NCBI GenBank assembly: GCA_001244265.2
Contig: CDLV01000014.1
Span: 1,116,001 to 1,180,000 of the forward strand
Reading direction: 5' to 3'
DNA length: 64,000 bases
From: Microbotryum violaceum
Taxonomy: Eukaryota
The translations under genes and the position numbers were made by a program. Positions 12,990-25,384 of the stretch are shown piece after piece. Numbering within the stretch: the first letter of the stretch is position 1; each line of letters starts with the position of its first letter. The notes beneath the pieces were generated by a model. It did not search any database. It saw nothing but the letters and a program-made list of their open reading frames with translations, and was not told the origin of the DNA.

Positions 12990-13953
12990 CAAGCCCCTCC
13001 ACAGAGTGGAGGGTTTCGAGCTTACTTCTCTCTCCTCTTCCGCCGACAACGACGCCGAAATGAACATCTTCACAATCCGAGAAGCCCTCATCAGAAATAT
13101 CTCTTCATATCATCATGGTCTCATTCCCTTCCCGGAATTCAACTGCTGGCGCCACGCTCAAATCTTGTCTGATCACAAGAACAAAGGTCGATCGACCATA
13201 CACCTCTTCCCAACGGTCGCGGGCCTCTCGATGGCGATCGCGGCATCATCAACGCGATGAACGCTCTGAAGACGGCGAATGATGAGCTGGTCGAAAAGGG
13301 GATAGTTTACGAGCAACGAGAAGATGAGTATCCACTTTCTCGTCGATGTGGAGGAGGAGAACCTTGCTGGTGGGGCTGAAATGACCGATCAGGAGATTGT
13401 GGACCTGGCTATTGCCGAAGAGTTGGAGGAGAATCACGAGGGAGAACTTGAAGGAGGAGAGGAGGAAGCGGAGATAGAGCTCCGACCGGTGGAGCGAACG
13501 ACGCTGAAGGAGGCAATCTCAGCGCTTGATGTTTTCCTTAGGTTTGCTATGAATGGATACTCAGGTCCAACGCATTTGATTTCTTTTGAGGACGAGGCTA
13601 GGAGGATTCGCAGGACTCTTGTTGCCGAGCAGGATGCCGCGAGGATTCAGACGACAATGACTTCGTATTTCCAGCGTCAGTAGGTCAAAGTTTTTTTTTT
13701 CTTGGAGCTTTCAAAACTTGTAAGATGTCATCACGCCTCAGTAGAGGCCGTACATTGGCTGCAATTCAGTAATTCGGGGCTTCTGAATTTCCTCCCCTCA
13801 AAAGTCAATGTATCGACTCAAACGATGCACGAAAATTCTTGATTTGATGTAGGAAGCTCAAAAACGGAGTTTCAGGTCATAAGGTAGTGATCTGAAGCCG
13901 AAGTCTCCAAGCTTATACCTGTCTTAATTTATGGATTTTCTCAGGTCTGACTG
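12990..13953 (+). mobile_element. pogo/Tigger-like (Tc1-mariner) transposase 3' remnant with a probable right end
   Basis: NCWRHAQIL, MTDQEIV, acidic tract, EAISALDV and a C-terminal PIP box QTTMTSYF. The candidate end ...GGTCTGACTG is followed by TA (13954-13955). Confidence 0.65.
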
Positions 13954-14060
13954 TATTATTTAATGCACAGTTCGCCCAACCCCCACTTGGCGCGCGGGGT
14001 CCGTCACGCGTCACTTTCATCACTCGTCATCACGGCTGCCCGTGCGATACAGCAGCAACA

Positions 14061-17000
14061 ATGTTGTCACGGTCAATCGGAAGACCCATGCCCGCATCCT
14101 CATTGCTGATGCGCCCGAGTCATCGTCGACACCTGCTGGCGATCGCATCGACCGGTGCTCGTCCGTGCCGGCCGTTCTCGTCATCGTCATCGGCATCGGC
14201 TTTGGATGCGACAGCGGCGTTGGCCTCCCTGACCCCGGAAGAGGATTCCGTCACCATCACTTCAAGTTCATCGACACCCAAACCCCTCGTCGAGACGCGT
14301 GATCCGGAAAAGGACCCGATGCGCAAGACGTCCTACCTCTATTTCAACACGGTCTTTCCTATTCGACTTGCCGCTTGGGACCTGGTCAGTGGGCATCATG
14401 CATCGAGCCTACCAGGGGTTGACCGTTTACTGACTACTGGGATTGAGTCACCCTACAGCGAGAAGTCTATGCCCGATTGGAAGAAAACAAACTGCTGCAA
14501 GAGGTGCGCTCGATCGTACCCGAGGACCCCCTTTACGATCTCAAGGTCGAACAAGTCACCCAAGGGCCAAGGACGGTGGTGCCTTTGTTCGTTTCTCGTG
14601 GTCCGTCCCAACTCGGCCCTTTTTGGAGCATGACCCCGTCGCTTTGGACAAAGCCGCACGGGAAGCCGACAAGACGGTCGTGGATGCCCTGTACGAGATT
14701 GAATCGGAAGCAGTTGAGTCTCGCTCCTCTGAAGCATCTTCACCTCTCCGAGGACCCAACTAGAACTCTCACCCGCTGCCGACAAATGCATAGAAAACGG
14801 TCCTGAAATCACGCGAACTGAAACCATGGTGGGAATTCTCGTCACGGTGGTTTTCGTGGGCGCAACCACAAGCCTTCTTGGTCAAGGGCAAACCCTGGAT
14901 GGAGGATATGAACCGCTTCCCCAACTCGACGATCCGAATCGAGTTCGAAGGTCCCGAAATCCCACAGGAAGAACTGTACGAAGTGTTCCGACCTTATGGC
15001 AGGATTGTCGATATCATTCCCCAATCGCCCTCGAGCAAGGACACGCCACGCTACGCCAACATCACTTTCAGATCGATCCGTTCCGCCGCCTCGGCGAGAA
15101 ACTGTCTCCATTCGGCCGTCGTGCCGAGTTCGTTACCGGTCCCGAACCCACCTCCACCGACGGTGTTGAGGATCTTGTACGCCGAGCGACAAAAGGCGCA
15201 CTACATCAAGGACTTTGTGACCACCCACCCGAGGATCGTCATACCTCTTATTGTCGCACTCTTGGGAGCCATCTCGTTGCAGGTCTTTGACCCGATCCGT
15301 GAATTCTTCGTTTCAGCGCATGTCGAAGGGACGTTCGATTCGGATAGGTGGACGATTGTGAGATGGCTCAAGAGGGAGACATTGGGCAGATTGGGCTTGA
15401 CCAAGTACCGAACCTTAGACGGGGCCGAAAAGACCGGCATCGAGAGGGAGCGAGAAGCGGCGAAGGAGCAGCTCCTCACTTGGTTGAGGGATGCACCAGG
15501 TACGGTGCTTTAGGGTCAATTTGGGCTTGTTTGAGTCTCCTACTTACGGCCGTTCTTGACTTGAGGCAGAAACCTTCACCATGGTCACGGGGCCGAAAGG
15601 TTCGGGCAAGACGATGCTCATCGATGAAGTCGCTCGCCACTCAAAGTAGGCTGAGAAACGGGGTACGCAGCAACACCGAGAGGGTTTCAATTAATCCCGA
15701 GACTTTGTCCTACAGGCACGTTCTCGTCATCGATTGCACCCAGCTATGTCGCAATGGCCGTTCGGACCAGAAATTGATTCAGGAACTTGCGTCGAGTGTC
15801 GGTTACCGCCCTTTGTTCACCTTGGGAGCGAGCGTCAACAACTTGATTGATTTGGCGTCGATGTCGCTCATCGGACAAAAAGCCGGATTTTCGGCTAGCT
15901 TGAACGAGCAGTTGAAGGCGGTGCGTTTCCCACATTGCCCTGCGGTGCTAACAAAAGAAAGCTCATCAGGTTGTTCTCGGAATAAAATGACAGATCCTCG
16001 AAGTGACGGCCTCGGCCTTGAACAAGATCGCGACGACAGCAACGCTCAAAGCCTCAACGGCAGCCAAGAACGCCGAAGCGAAACGTCTACTTGAAACGTC
16101 ACGGGAGGCCATCGTCGCCCAACTCGAAACGGAAGGAATTCGAGATGGGCGAGTCGATGCGGTCGCCGGCAACGGAGCGATGTCCGAACTAGGGGGTGGG
16201 ATTGAGAAGCCGGAGGAACAGGGTCATGTGACAATTGTGGGCCCTAATAGTGCTAATATGGTCAAGGCGCTGGCGTGTGAGAAGGACTCGGTCGGAGAGG
16301 GGGACACAGTCGCGGCTTTGCCGATCGTCGTGCTCAAGGGGTGAGTCGAGATCGTCAGCATGGGCTCACTGCAGAGCTGACGAGGAACTCGGTATCTCGC
16401 AGCTTCGCGGCCAAAGGTGAATCGAAACAAGAAGTCCTATGGGATGTTCTAGCCGACTGGGCCGCCTTGTTGGTCGAGAACAAAGTGGCCCATGTCGTCT
16501 TCACCTCAGACTCGGTCACAGCCTCGAAACCACTCTCCCGAGCTCTGCCCAACAAGCCCTTCAACGTCATCGCCCTCAACGACGCCTCCCCCGAAGCCGC
16601 GATCCAATTTGTCGAAGCCAAACTGGCTGAATTCGAAAAGACCCTTCCCCTCGACGCCCACGAACACGTATGGAAACTTGGTGGCCGACAAACGGACCTG
16701 GAATTATTGGTCTCCAAAATCCATGCGGGTGCCGAACCCAATGAAGCGGTACAAGACATCGTGTCGAGAAATGCGACCGAGATTAGGAAGACGTTCTTTG
16801 GGGATGATGAGAGTGAGGCGAAAGGGTTAAAATGGACAAGGGAACAGGCTTGGAAGATATTGACGGGTTTGACTGGGCAAGAAGAGGTGAGTCGGAGTGG
16901 GCCGGCCTAGGGTGGATCATCCACGCTGTCTTGCTCACCTCAAGATAAACTTTCCTCCCTCTCCCAACAGCTCAAATACGCCGACGTCCTCTTCAACGCC

Positions 17001-17420
17001 CCCTTCAAATCAGACGAAGCGGCGCTGCGTTCGCTCGAAAATTCGGAATTTATCATCATTTCCCACCGCGATGGACGACCTTCGACGATCCGACCGGGCA
17101 AACCCGTCTACCGTTCGGCGTTCTCCCTGCTCCTCTCCGACTCGGTTTTCCGGTCTTCGATCGAATTCCAAATCAATGCTTCGGCCATAAACACTACCAC
17201 GACCGAGCTCAACGCCGCTTCCAAGAGCCTCATTGAATTGAGTCAATTGTTTGGCGACGCGACGGGGACATTCGCCTTTGGGGGTGGGAGGCATGTGCCG
17301 AGAGAGATTGAGGTGAGGGTCGCTGGATTGTTGGGTAAGATGAGGGAATGCGAGGACAAGTTGGAGAGGTTGGAGGAGGAGAAGAAGGATTTGTTGAGGG
17401 TGTTGAAGGAGGCTTCGTAA
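14061..17420 (+). CDS. YME2: Mitochondrial escape protein 2 (Yme2/Rna12 family), multi-exon, with an apparent 1-bp frameshift at ~14560
   Basis: Mitochondrial presequence, PRAKDGGAFVRF, LVKGKPWMEDM, RRM (LYEVFRPYGRIVDI), HPRIVIP transmembrane segment, FDPIREFF, P-loop GPKGSGK, WAALLVENKVAHVVF, LGGRQTDLE; GT-AG introns. Confidence 0.9.
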
Positions 17421-17594
17421 GGTGGAAAAAAGGCGTTTCTTGGCCAGGCCAGGTTTTGTTCGTTCCCATATGTGGCCTGTTTGTGTAGGCCTCCATTCGC
17501 GTTTTCGTTGAGGGTCCTTTTCGAACGGTTGTGCCTTGTAGTTTCATTCTGAAGAAATCTACGACTCCGAGCTACACAATTTCTCCCGCACTCA

Positions 17595-19097
17595 TCACCT
17601 CGGTTCGCCCGCGAAGCCCATCGCCGTACTCTTTCTCAACTCTTTCGAAATCTCGGCATCGTCACTGAAGTAGGACAGAAACAATTCTCGACTCAAGAAC
17701 CGATCGTCGAAAGCGCCTAGGCGTTCTTCTTTGTCGGATTTGGGCTCCTGCGCACGTCGGAATCGAGAACGGCAAAGAAAAAGTCAGCGTTCTGAGTGAG
17801 AAGTTCAGGAAAGAAAGCAACGAGAAATCGTACCTTTATCCAAAACTCGACCTCCCTTCGTTGCCTCCTATAAAACAACCTCAATTGCGATCCCTTGTCC
17901 AACTTGCGACTCGGGAACAAACCCTTCAACCTCGACAAACTCTCCAGCGCTTCTTCACCGTCCTTCTCGGACCAGGTCAAAGTGACGCGAGGTAGTTTCA
18001 TGCGGGCAATGAGGGCGCGTGAGAATCCGTCGCGGAGGTGGGCGAGGGTTGTCGTGCGGAGAGGGGCTGTGGGGGAGGAGGAGGAGTCAGTTTTTTTTTG
18101 GGGGGGGGGGGGGTCTCCATGTGATAGAAACCATAGTGAACTCACAAATGATGACTGCGCAATCGGCCTCGTCCAATAAAGCGGCGATCAACTTCTCCCC
18201 GACGGGTTCGCCCCTTTCCCTTCTTGACCGTCACCAAAAGGTGGGAGGAGGTCCGAAGGGGAGTAATCCTGTGCAACCGGATGGAAACGCAAAGGGACTG
18301 AGTTGTTCCTCCTTTTCGAAGCATGCTGGTTTTGATGCACACGTTGCAGACGCACCTTCCATCCTCCTGAGACTTGTGCGAGTCGTTGCAAGAGCTTTGC
18401 TTCGACGTAGAAAGCTGGTCATGCGAGAAGGGGGTTGACCCGGACATCAACCTTCGGAGTTCAGTTCTTCCGCTGCGGCAAAATTTGCCCCGAGGATAAA
18501 ACTGACCAGCCGTATAAACCTGAACGTTGAGGAAACTGACGGTGCGTACGCCCGTACCGACCAAGCTCAAGCGAGCTCCCGAGTTCGAGTTGATGTAGCG
18601 TGGGAACGGAGTTGAGGTGGTCGGGTCTTTGTAGGTGCTCGAGGTTGAGGACGAGGTGGGGGCGACGACTTTTGAAGGGAGAGCAAACAAAGACAACAGG
18701 GCGTCCAAAAGGCATCAGCATGGAGTAGATAACACAGAATTTGCATCTCAACTCGGCACTCACCCCCAGCCTCCTGTTGTTGCGCGGCATCCATCGCCAG
18801 CGGCTCATTCCTCCGCGCCTGGACGACCGCATACGTCGCGACAAGGAGCGCAGCCAACAACGCCGCACCCGTCGAGGTTGATGTCGAGGTTGATGTCGAG
18901 GTTGATGTTGTTGTAGGTGCGGGTGCGGGTGCGGTCCTGCTGGTGCAGTTGCAGCGCACGCTTGCCCATTTGTTCGATCGTGTTTCTGCTACTGCCAAGG
19001 TGGGGCGAGCTTGTAGTCTGCTGGTGGTCGATCGGAGTGCGGGACCTGCGCTGGATCGCAAGGTCGAGAGTAAGGCTTGCCAACGTGCCATGGCCAT
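17595..19097 (-). CDS. Mitochondrial chalcone-isomerase-fold protein (Aim18/Aim46 family), multi-exon
   Basis: Arg/Ser-rich presequence plus a transmembrane segment, DPTTSTPFP, LVGTGVRTVSFLNVQVY, RTTTLAHLRDGFSR, ELFLSYFSDDAEIS. Confidence 0.85.
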
Positions 19098-19382
19098 GGT
19101 CGGGGAGTTGAGATGCGGGCGACGGTGGAGACGAGTGATGAGGCGTGAGAAGGAAAGCTAAGGTGGGGGCCGCAGCTGGTCCAATAATGCTCGATTAGGG
19201 ACTTTGTGATGCGCTGAAACCTAACTAGTAACTAGTAATGGAAGCCGGCAGAAGCTATTAATGCGCCGCTTTTCGCCAACCGGGTCCCAAGACTTCCCAA
19301 GAGGTCGAATCGCGCCTCGCTCGGATTTCTTGTACCGTTGTGGGTGTGTCGTGTCGTACATCGTCCCATTTAGCAGAAAGCG

Positions 19383-20448
19383 ATGGCGTCCATCTCGTTC
19401 TGTGGTGAATGGTCAGTACTCGTATCGAGTTGATGGGTCCGGCGATCTCGAAAGCGAAGTGCCCGACTGAGCTCGCTCCCCCTTCAATGTGCCCGTCCAG
19501 CAACAACCTCTTGTACCCCAAGGTAAAGCTCGCAGCTCGTCATCCGCACAGGGTGCAGGGTCCTGATACTGAACCAGCTGCGCTCTCTTCGTAGGAGGAC
19601 AAGGTCTCGCACGTGTTGATGTACGCCTGTCGCAACTGTCACTACAAGGAGGAGACCACCAACCCTTGCGTGTACAAGCATGATCTGTTGGTCGTGTCAA
19701 AGTGAGACCACCGCGGGCACACGTTCCAGCGAACGGCATGTCTCCTGTCGATCTGACACCGGGGGCGATACTATGTAGGGAAACCGCAGGTGTGACGCAG
19801 GACTTGCAGACCGATCCGACTTTGGTCAGTAGTTCATACACGCAAGTCACGACCGAGTGGGTAGCTGCGACCCATGAACGCTCCATTTGACTGATGGCAG
19901 ACGACCTCACCAACCACTGCACAGCCAAGATCAAATATCGAATGTCCAAGATGGTGAACGCTCCTCCCCTACCATTGGGCCGTGTCTTGGGCTCAAGGGG
20001 AACACCCCACAAGACGACGATCCCGTCCGCAGTGCTAATTTTTCCCTTCTTCCCTTCTTCCCTTCTCGTCTTTAACACCATGACCATCACCTCTGCTCTC
20101 TCTCTCTCGTCACCTATCAAACAGTCAACACAAAGAGTCAGTACAGAACGAGCACTGGGACCCCACTCCGGACCGCAACTGATCTCAACCTACCCGCGTG
20201 GTCAGAGCCGTCTTTTTCCAAGGTCAGGCCAAACGAACCGATACCAAGATGACACTCTTCTTCGTCTGCACAAAGTGGGTTTCGATGTTTTCTTTAGGAA
20301 TTCGGGCTTTCGGTGGAGCCCCAGGCTGTGATCTTTGGAATTACTTTGGCACTGACGATCAACCGACCGCTTCCGGTCCCTCCCTCCCCCCGCCCCAATT
20401 CGCAGTTGCCACAAGACGTTCCAGGACCCCATCCTGAATCGACGATAG
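19383..20448 (+). CDS. RPB9: RNA polymerase II subunit RPB9, 8 exons including a 12-nt microexon (20125-20136)
   Basis: Manual splice gives [90 protein letters not shown]. Confidence 0.93.
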
Positions 20449-21088
20449 GAATGACACTCTTTACAGACAAAGCACCGTGCCCTCGTCGGGAGGTGTTCCC
20501 TAACTCCTCTCTCTCCAATGCCTATGCAGTCCTGGTGCTCTTTCTCTGTCTTGTCCGTGTGGTTCGAACTCTTGTTGTAATAACACTCACGCTTCCCCCC
20601 TGGAAGCCTGTCGCAATCAAGAAGAGGGTCCCTTGATGTTTCTTCCCTCGAGTCAAGTTCTTCATGAGGGGTCAGTTTCAGCACAAACATCGTTGAGAGG
20701 GATTCCGTAGCTCTCTCCCTCGCGCTCTCTCTCTCTCTTTCAAATACCTCTCCCGGCAATTGGCCACGCCCGAGCTCGACTGGAGAAAAGAAGGAAAACG
20801 ACAATTGAACAAGGAAAAGAAAAGTAGGTAGGTCAAGAAAAGAAAAGAAAAGAGAAGGGGGAGGGGGGATGACAAAAAGAGCAAGAAAGCAGAAACGAGA
20901 GCGAAAGCGAAAACGAAAACGAAAGCGGAAGACGAAGACGAAGAAAGTAGAAAAGTCAACGTCCAAAACTCATCAGGACCTCAGGTTGGTGATCAAATAA
21001 CCCCCCCCTTCCCTTCCCTCTCCTCAGCTCATTCTAGATACTTCTTCTGCCCCCTCTCGAACCAAAGGTAACTCTTGCGACCATCGCT

Positions 21089-22511
21089 TTAGCAACATCC
21101 CCCAGCGGCGGTTTGGTTGACCGCGGACCCGGCCGTGACTTTGAGCGCGGCCTTACCCGGTCCCGAGTTGACGGGCGTGGTGGCCATACTGTAAAAAGGA
21201 GAAGAAGATAAGAACATGGGAGCCGCCTCAAGTGAGATTCACCAGAGTCCATCATCCCTGCGCCGAGAAACGTACCGATCCTTGATCTGCTTCGCCATGG
21301 TCAAGAACGCCTGTTCGACATTGGTCGCGTTCTTGGCCGAGGTCTCCAACATGGACACCGCGATCGAATCCGCGAATTCCTTGGCGGTCGAATAATCGAC
21401 CACCTTCTTGGTCGTCAAATCGCTCTTGTTCCCGACCAGCAACTTGTTGACGCCCTCGCACGCATAGCGGTCGATCTCTTGGAGCCACTGCTTGACGTTG
21501 GAGAAGGTGTCGTTGTCGGTGACGTCGTATACGACGATGATGCCGTGCGCGCCGCGATAGTACGACGACGTGATCGTGCGGAAACGTTCTTGTCCTGCTG
21601 TGTCCCACTGTGAGAGATTGAACGCGTACGGGATCAGTATCGTAAGGGGGTTGTGGTGCCGTAACGGCGGTGTGTGTCGGTGTGGGTGCGGTCTGTGCCT
21701 GGCGTTGTCCTCCCCGAGCCAAGGGAATGCGATCTTCGATGAAGCGCCCACTGAGCCCACCACGGTTGCAATCAAATTCATTCCGGATGTGCAGCACCCC
21801 GCATCACAGATTGTGAGGGGCGGAGGGGTATCGCGTCGTCGATCCCTTCAAGGTGTGTGGCAGAGAGGGGGGGGGGGGCGGGCGCGCGGGGCGTTCGTCA
21901 CTCGATGAGCGCGTCGAGTCCCAGTCTCGGCCCTTTTACTTCTCGAGCCATATATCCTGTCCCGTTCCCGAAAATGAACCATTCTAGAGGTGGGTTCCAA
22001 TCTTCCCAGGGCTCATTCCAGTGTGCGCGACCCGCGTCCTAAAGCCCTCCTCGCTGGTGAAACCGATCAAAGGCGCCTGCATTCCCCCCCCCTCAGGCCA
22101 TCCTACAAAATCCCATAGAAGGCCCCCCCTCCCCCCACCGAACCAAAACTCACGATCTGCAACTTGACCGTCTTGCCCTCCAATTCGATCGTGCGAATCT
22201 TGAAGTCGACGCCGATGGTCGAGATGTACGATTCGGTGTACGTGTCGTCGGCGAAACGCAACAACAGGCACGACTTGCCTACGCCCGAGTCGCCGATGAG
22301 GAGCAGTTCTAGTGCGTCGGTCGAGGTCAAGGTAGCGGTGTAGAAGAAGGTGATCGGTCCGGCGGGGCACGAGGTCGAGGTGGAGTCAGAGTCGAGAGAG
22401 AACCGCGTCAGCACCTTGCCATCGATCCCGTCAAGCACCCGATTCATTCCCGCACTCTGACTCTGAATGCAAGTACTGACTAAAGAGATAATCATAATCA
22501 GGATTCTGCAT
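21089..22511 (-). CDS. YPT1: Rab1/Ypt1 GTPase, 4 exons
   Basis: [83 protein letters not shown]-terminal GGCC. Confidence 0.97.
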
Positions 22512-23240
22512 CGTAGTCGGTAAGGGGTAGGGTCGGTACAGCGTCGGTGCAGCGTCGGTAAGGGTTGAGGAGGAAGGCAGGGAGCAGGGAGACGCCGCGT
22601 CGGTGGTGTGGGTGAGTGTGGGTGGGTGGGTGGCTGCTGGTGGCTGTGGGTGGTGGCTGAATAACCCGAAAGGCGGCTCATGCGCAGCCGACAACCCGTG
22701 GCGCCCGCAGAGAGAGAGCGAGCGCGCGTGTGGCCTCACGCCCACCGGCCAATGGGCACTACATACTGGTGAACGTGGGAATTCGGATTAGGAATGCGCA
22801 CGGACGGTTTAACAAAATTTGGCATCTTTCCAGGCGGGGCCACCATTCAGCAGTTTCAGCAGTTTCCTCAGAGGGGCCTCTTCATCGGACACCGAAAACA
22901 GATACGAAGGGTCATCCACATCCAGCAAAAAGATAGCACGCTACACAAGGTTCAGGCCCGCCAAGCCATGCCAAAACGCACGGAGCATTGCGAAGCTCGG
23001 CCCATTCTCTTCACCTACCCGACGCGACGGGTTCTTTCCGCACACCCATTCAGTGTATTGCAAGAACAGGCCCTCTTTTGTACTCGAGAGACAACCTCTT
23101 TCTCCTCCCTTGAAAAACTTCAACACTAGGAAGCTTCAAAAGATAGGCAAAAAGAGAAAACACCCCACCACCGAGCGTGGCAAAAGGATTTTTTGGGGGG
23201 GGGGGGGGGTTACCGTGCACAAAACAACGAACGAGCATGT

Positions 23241-24292
23241 TTACTCGTCGTCGTTACCACGGCTCGCGAGCCAGGCGTCCTTCTTCTCCTGGATGCGCTC
23301 GCGGCGTTGCTGCAGCGTCAACTTCTTGGGGTGCGTCTTCCTCGACGCCTCCTTCCACTTGGCCAAATCGGCCTTGTCCGTGATCTGGGCCTCGGGCGAT
23401 TCGCGGATCTTCTCGTGCGCGGACCTGTAGATATCCTCAATGTCGTCCGATCCAATGTCGTCTGTGAAGCAGAGAGTGGGGGATGAGTAAAAGGGTTCGT
23501 GACGTGAAGGCAGCGAAGACAGAACGCACCGGCAAGGTAGGACGAGAAGTGCTTTCGGAATCGCTCCTCATCTTCCTCCTCGAGCGTCTCCATGAACTCG
23601 GAGACTGCAAGGACGAGTCGGAGCAAAAGAGATCAGTGACATGCCTTGAGATCGCTCGCTCCGCCCGACACGGCCAACTCACCGTGACCACCGTAGATGT
23701 AGCGTTGAAGGGTCTCGGCGTCCAACTCCTTGGCCTCAAAGTCCCATCCGGGGAATCGCTGCGCCGAGTGGGGCAAGAAGATACCACCGTCCGAGGCACC
23801 CTTGAGCGCACCAAAGACACGGGCACCGGTCGAGGTGCGCTTCAATCCGACGTCGAGGAAGCACTTAAAGGGGCGCGGTCCGTCGTCGTTGGCCTCGGTC
23901 ATTTGCAACTCTCCGGTGGGCTCGGTCTCACCCTCGTACTTGTCGGCCAAACCGAGCTTGGTCAAGGCTCGTCGGGCAACCAAGAGACCGGTGGCGTAAG
24001 CGGCGGCCCAGTTGGTGAGACCGTGCTCGATGCCGTAGCGGGGGAGCTCGTGAGCATAAGCAGCGGTGAGGACGACGTCGCCTTGGAGCTTGGCCGAGAC
24101 GATCTGGCAGATGATGTCCTTGTTGGTGATGCGCACGACGAGACGGTACTTGGGCGAGTTGTACTTGTTCTTGGCCTGGGCGACCAAACGCTTGCGGGCG
24201 TAGTAGTCGGTCTTGCCCTCGCGGCGACGGCGGTACTTGACCTGGTATCGCGAGAAGTAGGCGTCGTTCTTGACCGTTTTGACGAAAGGCAT
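23241..24292 (-). CDS. RPL5: 60S ribosomal protein L5 (uL18), with introns
   Basis: [66 protein letters not shown]. Confidence 0.97.
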
Positions 24293-25384
24293 ACTGCTGT
24301 GAACAAAGTGGGGTTCATGGAATGGGGTCAGTACACTGAGGTACGGGCGAGAATGGGGAGTACGAGTGCGAATTGGGGTTGGCGGTTGTCCAAGCTGCTG
24401 GCGCGTGGGCGGGCGCTCGGCGTGGTCGACCGTGCGGGTGCGAATGGCGTGCGTGGGTATGGCGAATTCGAGGCGTGATACCGCATGTACACCCTCTTGT
24501 GCACCTCCATGACCCCCACTCGTCCACTCCAAACAATTCCCATGCTCCATCTGACACCTTTACAACCGTGCCAAGTGCGCTGTATCCCCCCATCAGCCAT
24601 CGTGTCCAGCCCGTTCGCAAAGTTTTGCTGGGCGGGGGAGACGGGGAAGGGGAATAGTGATAGTCGACTACTGCCTGCGTCGCCGCATGCTCCCACTTTC
24701 ACCCGCATTGATGAGGATGACAGCCGGTTGGTGTCGTACAGTTGGTGCCGATGGTGCTGTACCTTGGTGGTATGTGATGTTGCAACTTACAGCGTTGGCG
24801 AGGCGGGTGGGTGAGTAGAAGCGAGCAAGAGAGCCTAGATAGACAGCCTAGACAGACACGGGCGTGGGCTCAAAAAACTGCGAAACAGGCTGAAACAGCA
24901 CAGGCGAGGCGCTGCCAAGCGCGTGGGAGCGAATGGTGGATTAGGAATGTAATGCAGTGTTAGGAAACGCAGGCCAGGCCAGGGTGCTTCTGCCCTCCCC
25001 GCCAGTCCCCGCCATGTTCAGCCACACTCGGCTCGGCACACCCACCACCCACCCCACCTCGAGCTCGCGCCGCGCGTAGTACGACGACGACCACTGCAGC
25101 ACGTCCTCGTCGTTCGCGCTCCCACATCGTCCGAGTCCAACAACACGTCGTGCGGGATAGAATCATTTGACTGACCAATCATATCCGGCGATATTATCAC
25201 ATTCTTCTTCCGCAAGTCCATCGTACCAGCTCGCGATCGGTCCAAGTCCGAGTCAGCGGCTCCGAGTCGATCGTCCTTCAGGTTGGATCCGCGGACCTGC
25301 GTCGCGTTCAGCCCGGAATTCCCGGACAAGCGTACGAACGACGCGCAGCGACGGCGTCAACTACTGAGCTCTGGGAAGACAAAG

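Noticed and set aside
20202-20966. 254-aa Phe/Arg-rich minus-strand ORF
   Set aside because: Low-complexity purine tract between the convergent RPB9 and YPT1 3' ends; no protein-like features.
23483-24478. 331-aa plus-strand ORF
   Set aside because: Antisense shadow of the strongly codon-biased RPL5 gene.
24300-24800. Possible snoRNA in the putative RPL5 5'-UTR intron
   Set aside because: No convincing C/D or H/ACA box pair on the minus strand by eye; an Rfam search would be needed.
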